Below are positions 1-9,454 of a stretch of DNA of 64,000 nt, piece by piece. The stretch lies in NCBI GenBank assembly GCA_965205435.1, contig CBDBHJ010000005.1, positions 12,658 through 76,657 of the forward strand, read 5' to 3'. The stretch's first letter is position 1. Every line of letters begins with the position of its first letter. The position numbers and the translations under genes were made by a program. The notes beneath the pieces were generated by a model. The model made no database searches and was not told the origin of the DNA. It saw only the letters and a list, made by a program, of their open reading frames with translations. This stretch comes from Vicinamibacterales bacterium. GTDB taxonomy: Bacteria; Acidobacteriota; Vicinamibacteria; Vicinamibacterales; UBA8438.

Positions 1-187
1 CGGAGATGCGACCCTCACGTATGTCACGCGTGGTCACCACCCGAAACCCCTCGATATCTGCTGATGAAAACTCCTGCGCCGCCGACCGAACCTCGGTCAC
101 GTTCTGAGCGAGCACAGTGTGGGTCGACGGACCCACAGCGAGTCCAAGTACGAGACTTAATGTGACGACAACACAGCGTAGGATCAC
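1..187 (-). CDS. N-terminal part of an exported hypothetical protein; the gene continues past the window start
   Basis: GTG at 185-187 is preceded by an AAGGAG-type SD (reverse complement of 194-199). The translation VILRCVVVTLSLVLGLAVGPSTHTVLAQ... looks like a signal peptide. It is too short to appear in the ORF track. Confidence 0.35.
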   Translation of the reverse strand, partial: MILRCVVVTLSLVLGLAVGPSTHTVLAQNVTEVRSAAQEFSSADIEGFRVVTTRDIREGRIS

Positions 188-381
188 GGTCTGCTCCTTC
201 GTTTGGCGACAGTGCCCAGTGCCTAGTGTCCTGAGTTCGATATACCTATAGATTCGGCCGGCGCTGCATCCCGTCTGGCGGCGTTGAGACCATCTTCTCG
301 CGGGCTCGAATATTCCCGATATGCTCGCTCTTCGCGCCTGGCCAACCGGGCGCATCGCCGCCCTCCGTGTACACGTATATC

Positions 382-1875
382 AAACTCAGGACACTAGCAG
401 CCCGTGGTGAAAGTCACCGAATTAGATCGATCGCCAGAAGTGATCATGCGTACTCCACTGACGCGCATGGCCATGGGCAAACGACGGCGACGTCCCAAGC
501 AGACGTCGATGTGGGTCGCCGCACAAGATCTGCCTCGCAGCGCCGCGCACCCGTTCTACACGCGACTGAATCACATTCTCGAGAGAGCGGATTTCGACGG
601 GTACGTCGAGTCGCTCTGTCAGCGATTCTACGCGGATGAGATCGGCCGGCCGAGTTTGCCGCCCGGCCGGTATTTCCGCGTGTTGCTGCTCGGGTACTTC
701 GAAGGGCTCGACTCCGAGCGGGCGATCGCGTGGCGGGCGGCCGAGTCGTTGAGCGTGCGGAGCTTCTTGGGGCTGGAGCTGCACGAAGCGCCGCCGGATC
801 ATTCGACGGTCTCGCGGACGCGTCGGCTGATCGACCTGGAAACGCATCAGGCTGTCTTCGCGTGGGTGTTGCAGCGACTGGCTGAGGCGAAGCTTGTCAA
901 GGGCAAGACGATCGGTATCGATGCGACGACGCTGGAAGCGAACGCCGCCCTGCGAAGTATCGTGCGGCGCGACACCGGCGAGGCGTATCAGGACTTCTTG
1001 ATCCAGCTCGCCCAGGCCTCGGGGATTGAGACCCCGACGCGTGCCGATCTGGCGCGCATCGATCGGAAGCGGAAGAAGAAAGGCTCGAACGACGACTGGA
1101 CCCATCCGCACGATCCTGACGCAAGAATCACCAAGATGAAGGACGGCCGCACGCACCTCGCGCACAAGGCGGAGCAGGCGGTCGACCTCGACACCGGCGC
1201 GGTCGTGGCGGTGACGGTGCAGGACGCCGATGAAGGCGATGTGGCGACGAGCCGCGCGACGCTGATCACCGCGGCGGAGCACATCGAGACCGTGGTGCCT
1301 GCGGGCCGTCTTGCCGAGGTCGTCGGGGACAAGGGCTATCACAGCAACCAGGAACTCGTCGATCTTGAAGCCATCGGCCTCCGCAGCTACATCTCGGAAC
1401 CAGATCGCGGCAGGCGTAAGTGGAAAGACAAGGCGGAGGCGCGCGACGCCGTCTACCGAAACCGTCGGCGTCTTCGCGGCGCGCGCGGGCAACGCCTGCT
1501 GCGCCGGCGCGGGGAACGACTCGAACGCCCCTTTGCCCATCTCTATGCCACCGGGCGGCTACGCCGCGTATACCTGCGGGGGCACGACAACATCCTCAAA
1601 CGCGTCCTGCTGCACGTTGCTGGACTGAACCTTGGGTTGCTGATGCGGACGCTCACGGGTGTCGGGACACCCCGCAGTCTTCAGGGGCATGCGGTGGCGT
1701 GTCTTCGGCTGTTGTGGTCGCTCATGCGACTCCCGGAGACGCGTTGGGGCGCGCCGTGGATCTTATCTCGACCTACCATCGCCGCCAACGACCTCCGCGT
1801 GGGGCACTGCCATGTCTGGGCCGACCCGTCGTTCGGTGGTGCTTTCACCACGGGCTGCTAGGAGGTCCTATGTTA
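382..1875. mobile_element. IS5/IS1182-family insertion sequence
   Basis: A perfect 20-bp inverted repeat ctagcagcccgtggtgaaag lies at 394-413 and, reverse-complemented, at 1842-1861. It extends imperfectly outward (aggac at 388-392 versus 1865-1869). It encloses a single DDE transposase ORF. No target-site duplication (TSD) could be identified, so the outer boundaries are approximate. Confidence 0.7.
446..1861 (+). CDS. IS5/IS1182-family DDE transposase with an InsH-like N-terminal domain
   Basis: ORF 404..1861. Sequence is typical of the family (GRPSLPPGRYFRVLLLGYFEGLDSERAIAW...PDHSTVSRTRRLI; GIDATTLEANA; VGDKGYHS). The stop codon lies inside the right terminal inverted repeat (TIR). The GTG at 404 is inside the left TIR, so ATG 446 is the likelier start. 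Confidence 0.85.
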   Translation: MRTPLTRMAMGKRRRRPKQTSMWVAAQDLPRSAAHPFYTRLNHILERADFDGYVESLCQRFYADEIGRPSLPPGRYFRVLLLGYFEGLDSERAIAWRAAESLSVRSFLGLELHEAPPDHSTVSRTRRLIDLETHQAVFAWVLQRLAEAKLVKGKTIGIDATTLEANAALRSIVRRDTGEAYQDFLIQLAQASGIETPTRADLARIDRKRKKKGSNDDWTHPHDPDARITKMKDGRTHLAHKAEQAVDLDTGAVVAVTVQDADEGDVATSRATLITAAEHIETVVPAGRLAEVVGDKGYHSNQELVDLEAIGLRSYISEPDRGRRKWKDKAEARDAVYRNRRRLRGARGQRLLRRRGERLERPFAHLYATGRLRRVYLRGHDNILKRVLLHVAGLNLGLLMRTLTGVGTPRSLQGHAVACLRLLWSLMRLPETRWGAPWILSRPTIAANDLRVGHCHVWADPSFGGAFTTGC

Positions 1876-1959
1876 CCCCGGGCGTGCGCCACGCGCGAGG
1901 CTCCGCCATCCAGTGGGTATATCGCTCTCTGTGGGGGGAGAGGAGGCCGACAGCGGCCC

Positions 1960-3021
1960 TCAGACGAATTCCGTCAGGGAGGCCCGCACCGTCCTGGTAC
2001 CGCCGACCGCGCCGCGCCAGTGGATGAGGATGGGGCTCTGATAGGTGCCCTCGACGAGGGCGGGGCGCCCACTCGGATTGTCGTCCGAGACCAGGAGATC
2101 GACCCGACGCTTCACGCCGAACAGCCGCTCAGCCGGTTTGGCCAGTGCGCGGGCCGCCCACTGCTCGATGCGAGAGGTGGGGAGTCCCAGAACGTCAACA
2201 AGTTGATTCGCTGCTTGCACCACGTCGTACCGAGCGTACGCGCGCGCCTTCAGCGGAACGGCTCGGGGCTCGTTCCAGACGTGGCGTGCCTTCTCGGCCG
2301 CGAAGCGAAACGGCTCGCGAAGCACGTCTGTCAGGTCGTGGCGCATCAGCAGCGTCTCGTACTCGTTGACCGTCAGACACGCATCGTGCTCGCCGGGTGC
2401 GAGTTCCAGCTTGAGACGGCCCTTGCCCGACCCGTGACGGGCGATGAACTCCGAGAGCTGCTCGCGCAGGGCGTATCGTGGATCTTTGAGGCTCACGGCC
2501 GCAATCGGATGACTCGAGACCGGGACACGCAAATCGGTCTGCGCCACTTTCACTTCGTCGTCGTAGCCGACCAGGACGGTCGTGCGATTCCTCGGGGTGC
2601 TGCCACACATGCCATCGAGGTCGACAAAGTACACTGGCGCCCGCTGCAGACGATACGAGACACACGCTCGGAGCCCCCCGAGGATGAACCGGAGATGCGA
2701 ATCGCCGTTCAACGGTTCCCGCAGACGCTGTTCTGCCGTGAGCTCCGTACGCTCACCGAGTTCGTCGTGACGATATCCGCCCCGTTCCGGAAACAGGGCG
2801 CGGTACAGCTCGAGATAAGAGGTGATGCCTTGCCCTCGCCCAGCGAGTCGCCTCTGGAGGCTCTGCGGAAGATATCCCGCCGTCGTATGCAGGGAGCTGT
2901 AAAAGCAACGCGTGTAGCGTGTGAGCTCGTTGCCGACAGTGGCCGCAGCGCGGCTGTGGACGTCGGTGAGCGACAGCCTGGACTGGGGGGTAATGTCGAG
3001 CGCGAATTGAAGCGGCGCCAT
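1960..3021 (-). CDS. Tandem (double-domain) YjbQ/UPF0047-family protein
   Basis: 353-aa ORF. The first half carries UPF0047-like motifs SLHTTAGYL and NGDSHLRFILGG. The second half repeats the architecture (ACLTVNEYE ... YQSPILIHW). Single-domain YjbQ is about 140 aa. Confidence 0.5.
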   Translation of the reverse strand: MAPLQFALDITPQSRLSLTDVHSRAAATVGNELTRYTRCFYSSLHTTAGYLPQSLQRRLAGRGQGITSYLELYRALFPERGGYRHDELGERTELTAEQRLREPLNGDSHLRFILGGLRACVSYRLQRAPVYFVDLDGMCGSTPRNRTTVLVGYDDEVKVAQTDLRVPVSSHPIAAVSLKDPRYALREQLSEFIARHGSGKGRLKLELAPGEHDACLTVNEYETLLMRHDLTDVLREPFRFAAEKARHVWNEPRAVPLKARAYARYDVVQAANQLVDVLGLPTSRIEQWAARALAKPAERLFGVKRRVDLLVSDDNPSGRPALVEGTYQSPILIHWRGAVGGTRTVRASLTEFV

Positions 3022-3169
3022 TCGTTTAAATGAGCGGTCCGTCCAGTGATTCCGCGATGCCTGTTACGGTCAGAGTCCGAAATACGTTATCACGTCGGCG
3101 ACCGTGTCGAGAAGAACCTCAGGTCGAAGTGTGAAGGCGAAGTCAGAGGGGCTCGGGTAGACTCTCCGT

Positions 3170-4321
3170 GTGCCCAGTCTGCTGGCCGTATTGCTTCTTG
3201 TGGCCGTGGCCACGCCGACGATGCAGACGGCGTGTGACGAGAGCGCTGGCGCGAGTCCGTTTGACGGGGTCCCCGATACCGGCGAGGTCTTCGCAAGCGG
3301 TGACGGCGTTCGCTTTCGAGCACAGGTGATCGCGACTAATCTGGAGATTCCGTGGGCACTTGCCTTCGCCGACGACGGCCGCCTCTTCGTGACCGAGCGT
3401 CCGGGCCGGCTGCGGGTTATCGAGAACGGCCAGCTGCTCCCAGAGCCGGCACTCACGCTCCCCGGTGTGTACACCGCGGGGGAAGCTGGCCTGCTCGGGG
3501 TCGCCCTCGACCCGGATTTCACGCAGAACCGGTTCGTGTATCTCCTCTACACGGCGACCCGACCCGGACGCGACCCGGTCAACCGGATCGTCCGGTTCTT
3601 CGAGGCGAACAATACGCTCATCGACGCCGTGACGATCCTCGACGACATTCCGGCGCAGCGGCTGCATGACGGCGGTCGGCTCAGGTTCGGTGCCGATGGG
3701 TACCTCTACGCGACGATCGGGGACACGCTGAACACGGCGAGCGCGCAGGACCTTGGCGTGCTGTCCGGGAAAATCTTGCGGATCGCCAGCGATGGGACCA
3801 CGCCCGGTGACAATCCGTTCGCATCCCGAGTCTATTCGTACGGGCATCGCAATCCCCAGGGTCTCGACTGGCATCCGGTGAGCGGCGACCTCTGGGCCTC
3901 CGAGCACGGCCCGGTTGGGAACGACGAGATCAACCGGATTGAGTCGGGCGCCAACTATGGGTGGCCAACAATCGAAGGGTCCGAGACGATGCCGGGGATG
4001 CGCACGCCGGTGCTGTTCTTCACGCCGTCCGTCGCACCGTCGGGGGCATCGTTCTACACCGGCACCATGTTCCCGAACTTTCGGAACGACCTGTTCGTCG
4101 CCACGCTCCGCGGGTCGCATCTCCACCGGGTAATCTTCTCCCCGACGGACCCCCGGGTGGTGACGCGCGACGAACGGCTCATCGAAGACCAGTTCGGGCG
4201 GCTGAGGGACGTCGTGACCGGACCGGACGGGGCACTCTATTTTTGCACGAGCAACAGGGACGGACGCGGCACCCGCGTGCCTGAGGATGACCGCGTCATC
4301 CGCCTGGTTCCGGCCCCCTAA
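3170..4321 (+). CDS. PQQ-dependent sugar dehydrogenase (soluble aldose/sorbosone dehydrogenase, YliI-like)
   Basis: Signal peptide, then family motifs PWALAF..DGRLFVTERPGRLRVI, HDGGRLRFGADGYLY, GHRNPQGLDWHP, DEINRIESGANYGWP. Confidence 0.85.
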   Translation: MPSLLAVLLLVAVATPTMQTACDESAGASPFDGVPDTGEVFASGDGVRFRAQVIATNLEIPWALAFADDGRLFVTERPGRLRVIENGQLLPEPALTLPGVYTAGEAGLLGVALDPDFTQNRFVYLLYTATRPGRDPVNRIVRFFEANNTLIDAVTILDDIPAQRLHDGGRLRFGADGYLYATIGDTLNTASAQDLGVLSGKILRIASDGTTPGDNPFASRVYSYGHRNPQGLDWHPVSGDLWASEHGPVGNDEINRIESGANYGWPTIEGSETMPGMRTPVLFFTPSVAPSGASFYTGTMFPNFRNDLFVATLRGSHLHRVIFSPTDPRVVTRDERLIEDQFGRLRDVVTGPDGALYFCTSNRDGRGTRVPEDDRVIRLVPAP

Positions 4322-4335
4322 GACGGGACACTCCA

Positions 4336-6636
4336 CTAGCGCAAGAGCTCGAAGAGATAGCTGTATTTCAGCGTGAGCGTGCGTCCGGCACCCGATGGGA
4401 TCCCCGTGCCGAGCCCCTGGACGTCGTTGTAGACGACGAACAGCCCGGTATTAGCGTCGGACAGCAGGCCGAACCGGATATTCGACGACCACAGGTCGGC
4501 GCGGTCGTTGTACTGGACAAGCGCCTGCAGAAACATCCGGGTCGTAAAGGAGTACGCCACGCGCATGCGCGCGAGGTTGGTCGTAAAGTCGCCTCCCGGG
4601 AGCCGCAAGTCGTTGTAAGACCACTCGAAGGCGGCGTTGAACGTTTCCCCGAGGCGGGCTGCAAGCGTCGGGGTGATGGTGACGCGGTCACCGCCGAACA
4701 GCCCGCCGATGATGGTATTGAAGGTGGCGCTGATGGGTGCGCCTAGGTTCGTGTTCCCGGCGATCTGGGCTTCCCGATGGTCGTAGGTCCCTGGCGGAAC
4801 AAACACACCGGGGGAGATCTCGAATGCTTCGAACACGCCCTCTTGGCTGATGTTCATGCCGGTGTGAATTTCGTAGCCATTCCGCCACTCGGTGTGGTTG
4901 TCGATATGCGTGAACTGCGTTTCGTGCAGGCCGGTCTCGTACTCAAAGTATGTGTTGTGGGAGACGTGGGGCCGGAATTCATGAACGCCCATGAAGTTTT
5001 CGGGGCGGAACGTGGTGAACACGCTCCCGTTCATGCGCCGATAGCTCTGGCGCGCCAGGAATCCGACTTCAGGATTGAAGTTCGGCGCGACTTCGGTGTA
5101 CGCGATATTGAGACGGGCCCGCTCCGACTCGTGCTGGGCAGTGAAGCCGTACGCGTGCGTCTCACCGGCTGGCGCACCAGGAGTGTCGGTTTCCGCGACG
5201 TAGCCTGAAACGGTGCCGCCTTGACCGATTCCCCAGCGTCCGTCGAACGCATAGGTCCGGTTGTAGTCGCGATCGCCCGCCAGGCCACCAGTGGCCTGCC
5301 GATTGACAAAGATGGCGCCGATGTTGGAGCGGTTCGGCAGATCCTGTCGGACCCGCCCGACGGTGAAGTTCTGTTGAGGCGTCCCGGTCGCGTCGACCGA
5401 CTTCGTCTGCATGTTGAGAAACCCGACGTTCGTGTTCGTTCCGACCTTGCCCGACAGACGTCCGCCCCCAATGATCGGAATCTGCTGGCCGGCGTCGAGT
5501 CCGATCCGTCGGCTGAAGAAGATATCGACGGCGCCTGACTGCCCCACAGAGAAGAGCCCGGCGTTTTCGAGGAAGAACGGTCGCTTCTCGGGAAAGAACA
5601 ATTGGAACCGGTCGAGGTTGACTTGTTCGTCGTCGACCTCGACCTGCGCAAAATCGGTATTGAGGGTCACGTCGAGTGTCATGCTCGGCGTCACGCTGTA
5701 CTTGAGGTCGGCCCCGATATCGCCGGTCCGCAGGTTGCGGGAGCTCTCAGTGCGGTGGAGCGCCTGACCCAGCATGTACGGCGTGAATTGCAGGTTCCGC
5801 TGAGGCGGCACGCGAAGTCCCTGGAGCTCACCCGCGGCCGAGATCCGATTGAGGTTGTACTGCCGCGGTAACGGCGACCAGTAGGACTGCTCGTTCCGCG
5901 ACCGGATGTTGCGCTGGAAGTTCATCCCCCACGATTGCACATCGGTCGTCGGGTACCGAAGCGTGCGAAACGGAATCGCGATCTCCGCGGTCCACCCGCT
6001 GTCGGTCACGCTGGTGGCGACCTGCCACGCTCCGTCCCAGTTGATGTTGAAGCCACCGCCCGACCCACGCTGCTGACGATTGTTACCGGGTCGTCCGCCG
6101 CCCCCGCCGAACCGACCGCTGCCTCGCCCTTCGTTGGTCACCTGGCCGTCGTACTCGACGCCCGCCGGGTTGGTCCCGAAGATGAACCCGCTCTGACCGT
6201 CGAGGTAGGTGTCGAGCATGATCTGAAAGCTGTCGGTTTCGGTCATGTCGGAGTCACGGCGACTATCGGCCGCGATAATCGTGCTCGCGTCTTCGGTGTA
6301 GCACACGACGCCGAAGTACAGCGTCTCGCTCGTGTAGACGATGCGCACCTCTGTGCGCTCGGAGGCCGGCTGTCCTTCAAACGGCCGGCTCTGGACGAAT
6401 CCGGTCGCCAGTCTGGCGTCTGCGTAAGCCGGGTCGCTGAGCACGTCGCCATCGATGACCGGGCTCGTTTCGACTGCCAACGCTCGGGTCAGCGGTACAC
6501 CGGCTTCGGTGAGCTCACGCGTCTCGACGCCCGGTGCGCCAGACGTCGACTGCTGGGCACCGACTGAGACGGGCATCCACACCCACGAGGCGCCCAGGAA
6601 CAACACGATGCGGACGCACGGTCTGAAAGAAATCAT
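4336..6636 (-). CDS. Secreted DUF5916 / carbohydrate-binding-family-9-like protein (intact paralog)
   Basis: 766-aa ORF with a signal peptide. The CBM9-like N-terminus is IDGDVLSDPAYADA...FVQSRPFEGQPASERTEVRIVYTSETLYFGV, followed by a Gly/Arg-rich loop. It aligns with the disrupted copy at 17564-20083. Confidence 0.6.
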   Translation of the reverse strand: MISFRPCVRIVLFLGASWVWMPVSVGAQQSTSGAPGVETRELTEAGVPLTRALAVETSPVIDGDVLSDPAYADARLATGFVQSRPFEGQPASERTEVRIVYTSETLYFGVVCYTEDASTIIAADSRRDSDMTETDSFQIMLDTYLDGQSGFIFGTNPAGVEYDGQVTNEGRGSGRFGGGGGRPGNNRQQRGSGGGFNINWDGAWQVATSVTDSGWTAEIAIPFRTLRYPTTDVQSWGMNFQRNIRSRNEQSYWSPLPRQYNLNRISAAGELQGLRVPPQRNLQFTPYMLGQALHRTESSRNLRTGDIGADLKYSVTPSMTLDVTLNTDFAQVEVDDEQVNLDRFQLFFPEKRPFFLENAGLFSVGQSGAVDIFFSRRIGLDAGQQIPIIGGGRLSGKVGTNTNVGFLNMQTKSVDATGTPQQNFTVGRVRQDLPNRSNIGAIFVNRQATGGLAGDRDYNRTYAFDGRWGIGQGGTVSGYVAETDTPGAPAGETHAYGFTAQHESERARLNIAYTEVAPNFNPEVGFLARQSYRRMNGSVFTTFRPENFMGVHEFRPHVSHNTYFEYETGLHETQFTHIDNHTEWRNGYEIHTGMNISQEGVFEAFEISPGVFVPPGTYDHREAQIAGNTNLGAPISATFNTIIGGLFGGDRVTITPTLAARLGETFNAAFEWSYNDLRLPGGDFTTNLARMRVAYSFTTRMFLQALVQYNDRADLWSSNIRFGLLSDANTGLFVVYNDVQGLGTGIPSGAGRTLTLKYSYLFELLR

Positions 6637-6699
6637 AAATGTGGATCTCCACCCTTCGAATCACCTTGAAGTATACCAGCGGAGGCGAGAACCTAGGTG

Positions 6700-8616
6700 C
6701 TAGTCTCCCGGTGTCCAGATGCGCGACCGTGCCCCGCCCGCCATCGCCAGCATCAGTGCGTTCAAGCGTTTGACGAAGCCCGCCGGGTCGTCCAGTTTTC
6801 CACCTTCGGCCAGGAGTGCCTGGTCAAACAGGATGCGGGTCCAATCCGAGAACCGGTCGTCATCTGTCTCGTCTTTCAGCCGCGCCACGATGGGGTGTTC
6901 CGGATTGATCTCCATCACCGGCTGGGCCGTCGGCACGGCCTGCCCGGCCTCCTTGAGGATCCGTTCCAAGTTCATGCCCGGCCCGTGATCGCTGACGAGA
7001 CAGGCGGGTGAATCGGTCAAACGGGATGTGAGACGCACACGCTCGGTCCGGGGTCCCAGCGCCTGCTGCATCCGTTCGAGCAGCGGCGTGTACTCCGTTT
7101 CGGAGGTCTGTTGCTTCTGAGAGTCGGCGGCCTCACCGAGCGTTCCTAGGTCGAGGTCGCCTTGGGACACGGACTGGAGAGACCGGCCTTCGAATTCGGT
7201 CAGATGGGCAACGACCCACTCGTCCACGCGGTCATGCAGGAGGAGCACCTCGACCCCGGTCTTTCGAAAGATCTCGAGATGGGGGCTACTGCGCGCCGCG
7301 GCAACGCTCTCCGCCGTGATGTAGTAGATCTTGTCCTGGCCGTCCTTCATCCGACCGACGTAGTCGGCCAGGCCGACGTTCTGATCATCTGTGTCGGCAT
7401 GCGTTGACGCGAATCGCAGCAGTTTCGCAACGCGTTCCCGGTTCGGAGCGTCCTCGCCGACCCCCTCCTTGAACACCCGACCGAACTCCCGCCAGAAGTT
7501 GGCGTACTTGGCGGTGTCGTTTTCGGCCAGCCCCTCGAGTAGTCCGAGAATTCGTTTCACCGACGCCACTCGAATCGCCGCGACGTCCCGCGAGTGCTGC
7601 AGCAGATCGCGGGACAAGTTGAGGGGGAGGTCGTTCGAGTCGACCGCGCCCCGCACGAATCGCAGGTAGGCCGGCATCAGCTGCTCTGCGTCGTCCATGA
7701 TGAAGACACGCCGGACATACAGCTTGATGCCGTGACGCTGCGCACGGTGCCAGATGTCGAATGGTGCCCGCTGCGGAACGAATAGGAGGACCGTGTACTC
7801 CTGCCGTCCCTCGACCTTCGCGTGGGTGTACGCGAGAGCGTCCTCGAAGTCGTGCGCCACGTGCTTGTAAAACTCCTGGTACTGCTCTTCGCTGATCTCC
7901 GACTTGGGACGAGCCCACAGGGCAGATGCTTGGTTGACCTTCTCGTCCTCGGTGGCTGCGTCCGCCGCCTCTGTCCGCATGAGGATCGGGATCGCGATGT
8001 GGTCCGAGTACTTGCGAAGGAGGTCACGCAAGCGGTCACTCGCCAGGAGTTCGTCCTCGCCCTGACGCAGCTGCAGGATCACCTCGGTCCCACGTGTTTC
8101 CTTGCGCACCGGTTCGAGCGTGTACTCGCCCTCGCCGGCGCTCTCCCACCGGACGCCGTGCTCCGGCGTCAGGCCGGCGCGGCGGGTGACCAAAGTCACT
8201 CGTTCGGCCACGACGAACGCCGAATAGAAGCCGACACCGAATTGGCCGATGAGCTGAGCATCCCGCGTCTGGTCTCCGGTCAGCTTCTGCAGAAACTCCT
8301 GGGTGCCCGACCGGGCGATCGTGCCGATGTGCTCGACCACCTCCTGCCGCGACATGCCGATGCCGTTGTCGCTGACAGTCACCGTGCGAGCCTCCTTGTC
8401 GTAGCCGACCCGAATCGTCAGCTCCTGCTCCTCCTCGAACAACGCGGTGTCCGACAGCGCTTCGAACCGCAGCTTGTCGCAGGCATCCGACCCGTTCGAC
8501 ACGAGCTCTCGCAGAAAGATCTCCTTGTTCGAGTACACCGAGTGAATCATCAGGTTGAGAAGCTGCTTCGCTTCCGCCTGAAAGCCAAACGTTTCCTTGG
8601 TCGTGGTGTCGGTCAA
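6700..8616 (-). CDS. htpG: Molecular chaperone HtpG (Hsp90)
   Basis: The N-terminus [47 protein letters not shown] and [12 protein letters not shown] are canonical Hsp90 signatures. Length 638 aa. Confidence 0.95.
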   Translation of the reverse strand: MTDTTTKETFGFQAEAKQLLNLMIHSVYSNKEIFLRELVSNGSDACDKLRFEALSDTALFEEEQELTIRVGYDKEARTVTVSDNGIGMSRQEVVEHIGTIARSGTQEFLQKLTGDQTRDAQLIGQFGVGFYSAFVVAERVTLVTRRAGLTPEHGVRWESAGEGEYTLEPVRKETRGTEVILQLRQGEDELLASDRLRDLLRKYSDHIAIPILMRTEAADAATEDEKVNQASALWARPKSEISEEQYQEFYKHVAHDFEDALAYTHAKVEGRQEYTVLLFVPQRAPFDIWHRAQRHGIKLYVRRVFIMDDAEQLMPAYLRFVRGAVDSNDLPLNLSRDLLQHSRDVAAIRVASVKRILGLLEGLAENDTAKYANFWREFGRVFKEGVGEDAPNRERVAKLLRFASTHADTDDQNVGLADYVGRMKDGQDKIYYITAESVAAARSSPHLEIFRKTGVEVLLLHDRVDEWVVAHLTEFEGRSLQSVSQGDLDLGTLGEAADSQKQQTSETEYTPLLERMQQALGPRTERVRLTSRLTDSPACLVSDHGPGMNLERILKEAGQAVPTAQPVMEINPEHPIVARLKDETDDDRFSDWTRILFDQALLAEGGKLDDPAGFVKRLNALMLAMAGGARSRIWTPGD

Positions 8617-9028
8617 CGTCTATCTCCTCTGTTCTCAGACAGGCCTGCGGCCCCGAACCCCGCCGCCGTCGCTTGCGGGGGCCCTGCGCCCCGCGCCGCG
8701 TCGGCGAGGCGCGCCGTGCGCGTCCCTCGCCGTGCTGCCGGGCGACACGTGAGCGTTCGGTACACATTGGCCGGGACAAGCCCGGTTGACCAGCTCGGCC
8801 TCAGCGCCGTCGCTCTCATTCATGCTATCTGGGACAGGCCCGCGCCGGTTTGCCGACCGTGTCGGTGCCGTGCCGAGTTGTGTGTCGGAGGGTTCCTCCT
8901 CTAGGATGACTGGTCGATCGATTCTGGCAGCCACGATGTCGAGGCGCCGATGCTGTCGATCGCGATTGTGGCGCGGCTCGACAGAATCTGGCTAGCGTGA
9001 ACCCCGCTCAGGGAGGATACGAAGACTC

Positions 9029-9454
9029 ATGAGACAAGCCTCTGTTCTGCTGCTTGTGCTATCCGCCCTCTCGGCTGGATGCGACTCCAATCCTTCGGCC
9101 CCGTCGGTGAACGTCCCGTTCACGGTGACCGACCTCACGGTGGGCATGGGTGTCGCCGCCGCAAATGGCCAGGTGCTGACGGTGAATTACACCGGGTGGC
9201 TCTACGAAGTCGGCGCCGCCGACAACAAGGGCACGGTCTTCGACTCCTCGGCTGGACGCGGGCCCTTCGTATTCACGCTTGGTGCCGGGGAGGTCATTCA
9301 GGGATGGGACCAGGGTCTTGTCGGTATTCAGGTCGGGGGCGAACGCCGACTGGTGATTCCGCCCGAGCTTGGATACGGACAGCAGGGCGCCGGCAGCACC
9401 ATCCCGCCCAACGCCACACTCATCTTCGAGGTCGACCTCATCAGCATCCAGTAG
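9029..9454 (+). CDS. FKBP-type peptidyl-prolyl cis-trans isomerase, lipoprotein
   Basis: Lipobox LSALSAGC. FKBP core YTGWL..GTVFDSS...PFVFTLGAGEVIQGWDQGLVGIQVGGERRLVIPPELGYG...IPPNATLIFEVDL. Confidence 0.9.
   Translation: MRQASVLLLVLSALSAGCDSNPSAPSVNVPFTVTDLTVGMGVAAANGQVLTVNYTGWLYEVGAADNKGTVFDSSAGRGPFVFTLGAGEVIQGWDQGLVGIQVGGERRLVIPPELGYGQQGAGSTIPPNATLIFEVDLISIQ

Noticed and set aside
422-1540. 372-aa ORF antisense to the IS5/IS1182 transposase
   Set aside because: It is fully embedded opposite a gene with clear family motifs. Its Arg/Pro/Gly/Ala-rich composition is typical of shadow ORFs in GC-rich DNA.
374-1922. GTATATC at 374-380 and 1916-1922 as a possible 7-bp target duplication extending the IS5-like element
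   Set aside because: The sequences just inside these positions are not inverted repeats of each other. The real TIRs end about 40 bp earlier on the right side, so this is probably coincidence.
1420-3033. 537-aa plus-strand ORF spanning the transposase 3' end and the YjbQ-like gene
   Set aside because: It crosses the IS terminal repeat and runs antisense to a motif-bearing gene. It has low-complexity Arg/Ala/Pro content and no recognisable domain.
3143-4336. 397-aa ORF antisense to the PQQ-dependent sugar dehydrogenase
   Set aside because: It is a shadow ORF. The sense strand carries unmistakable family motifs.
7822-8904. 360-aa ORF antisense to htpG
   Set aside because: It is a shadow ORF opposite a canonical Hsp90 gene.
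8617-9028. Heat-shock regulatory element (CIRCE, sigma32-type promoter or RNA thermometer) upstream of htpG
   Set aside because: I see no CIRCE inverted repeat or clear CTTGAAA/CCCCAT boxes. There are only generic GC-rich hairpins.
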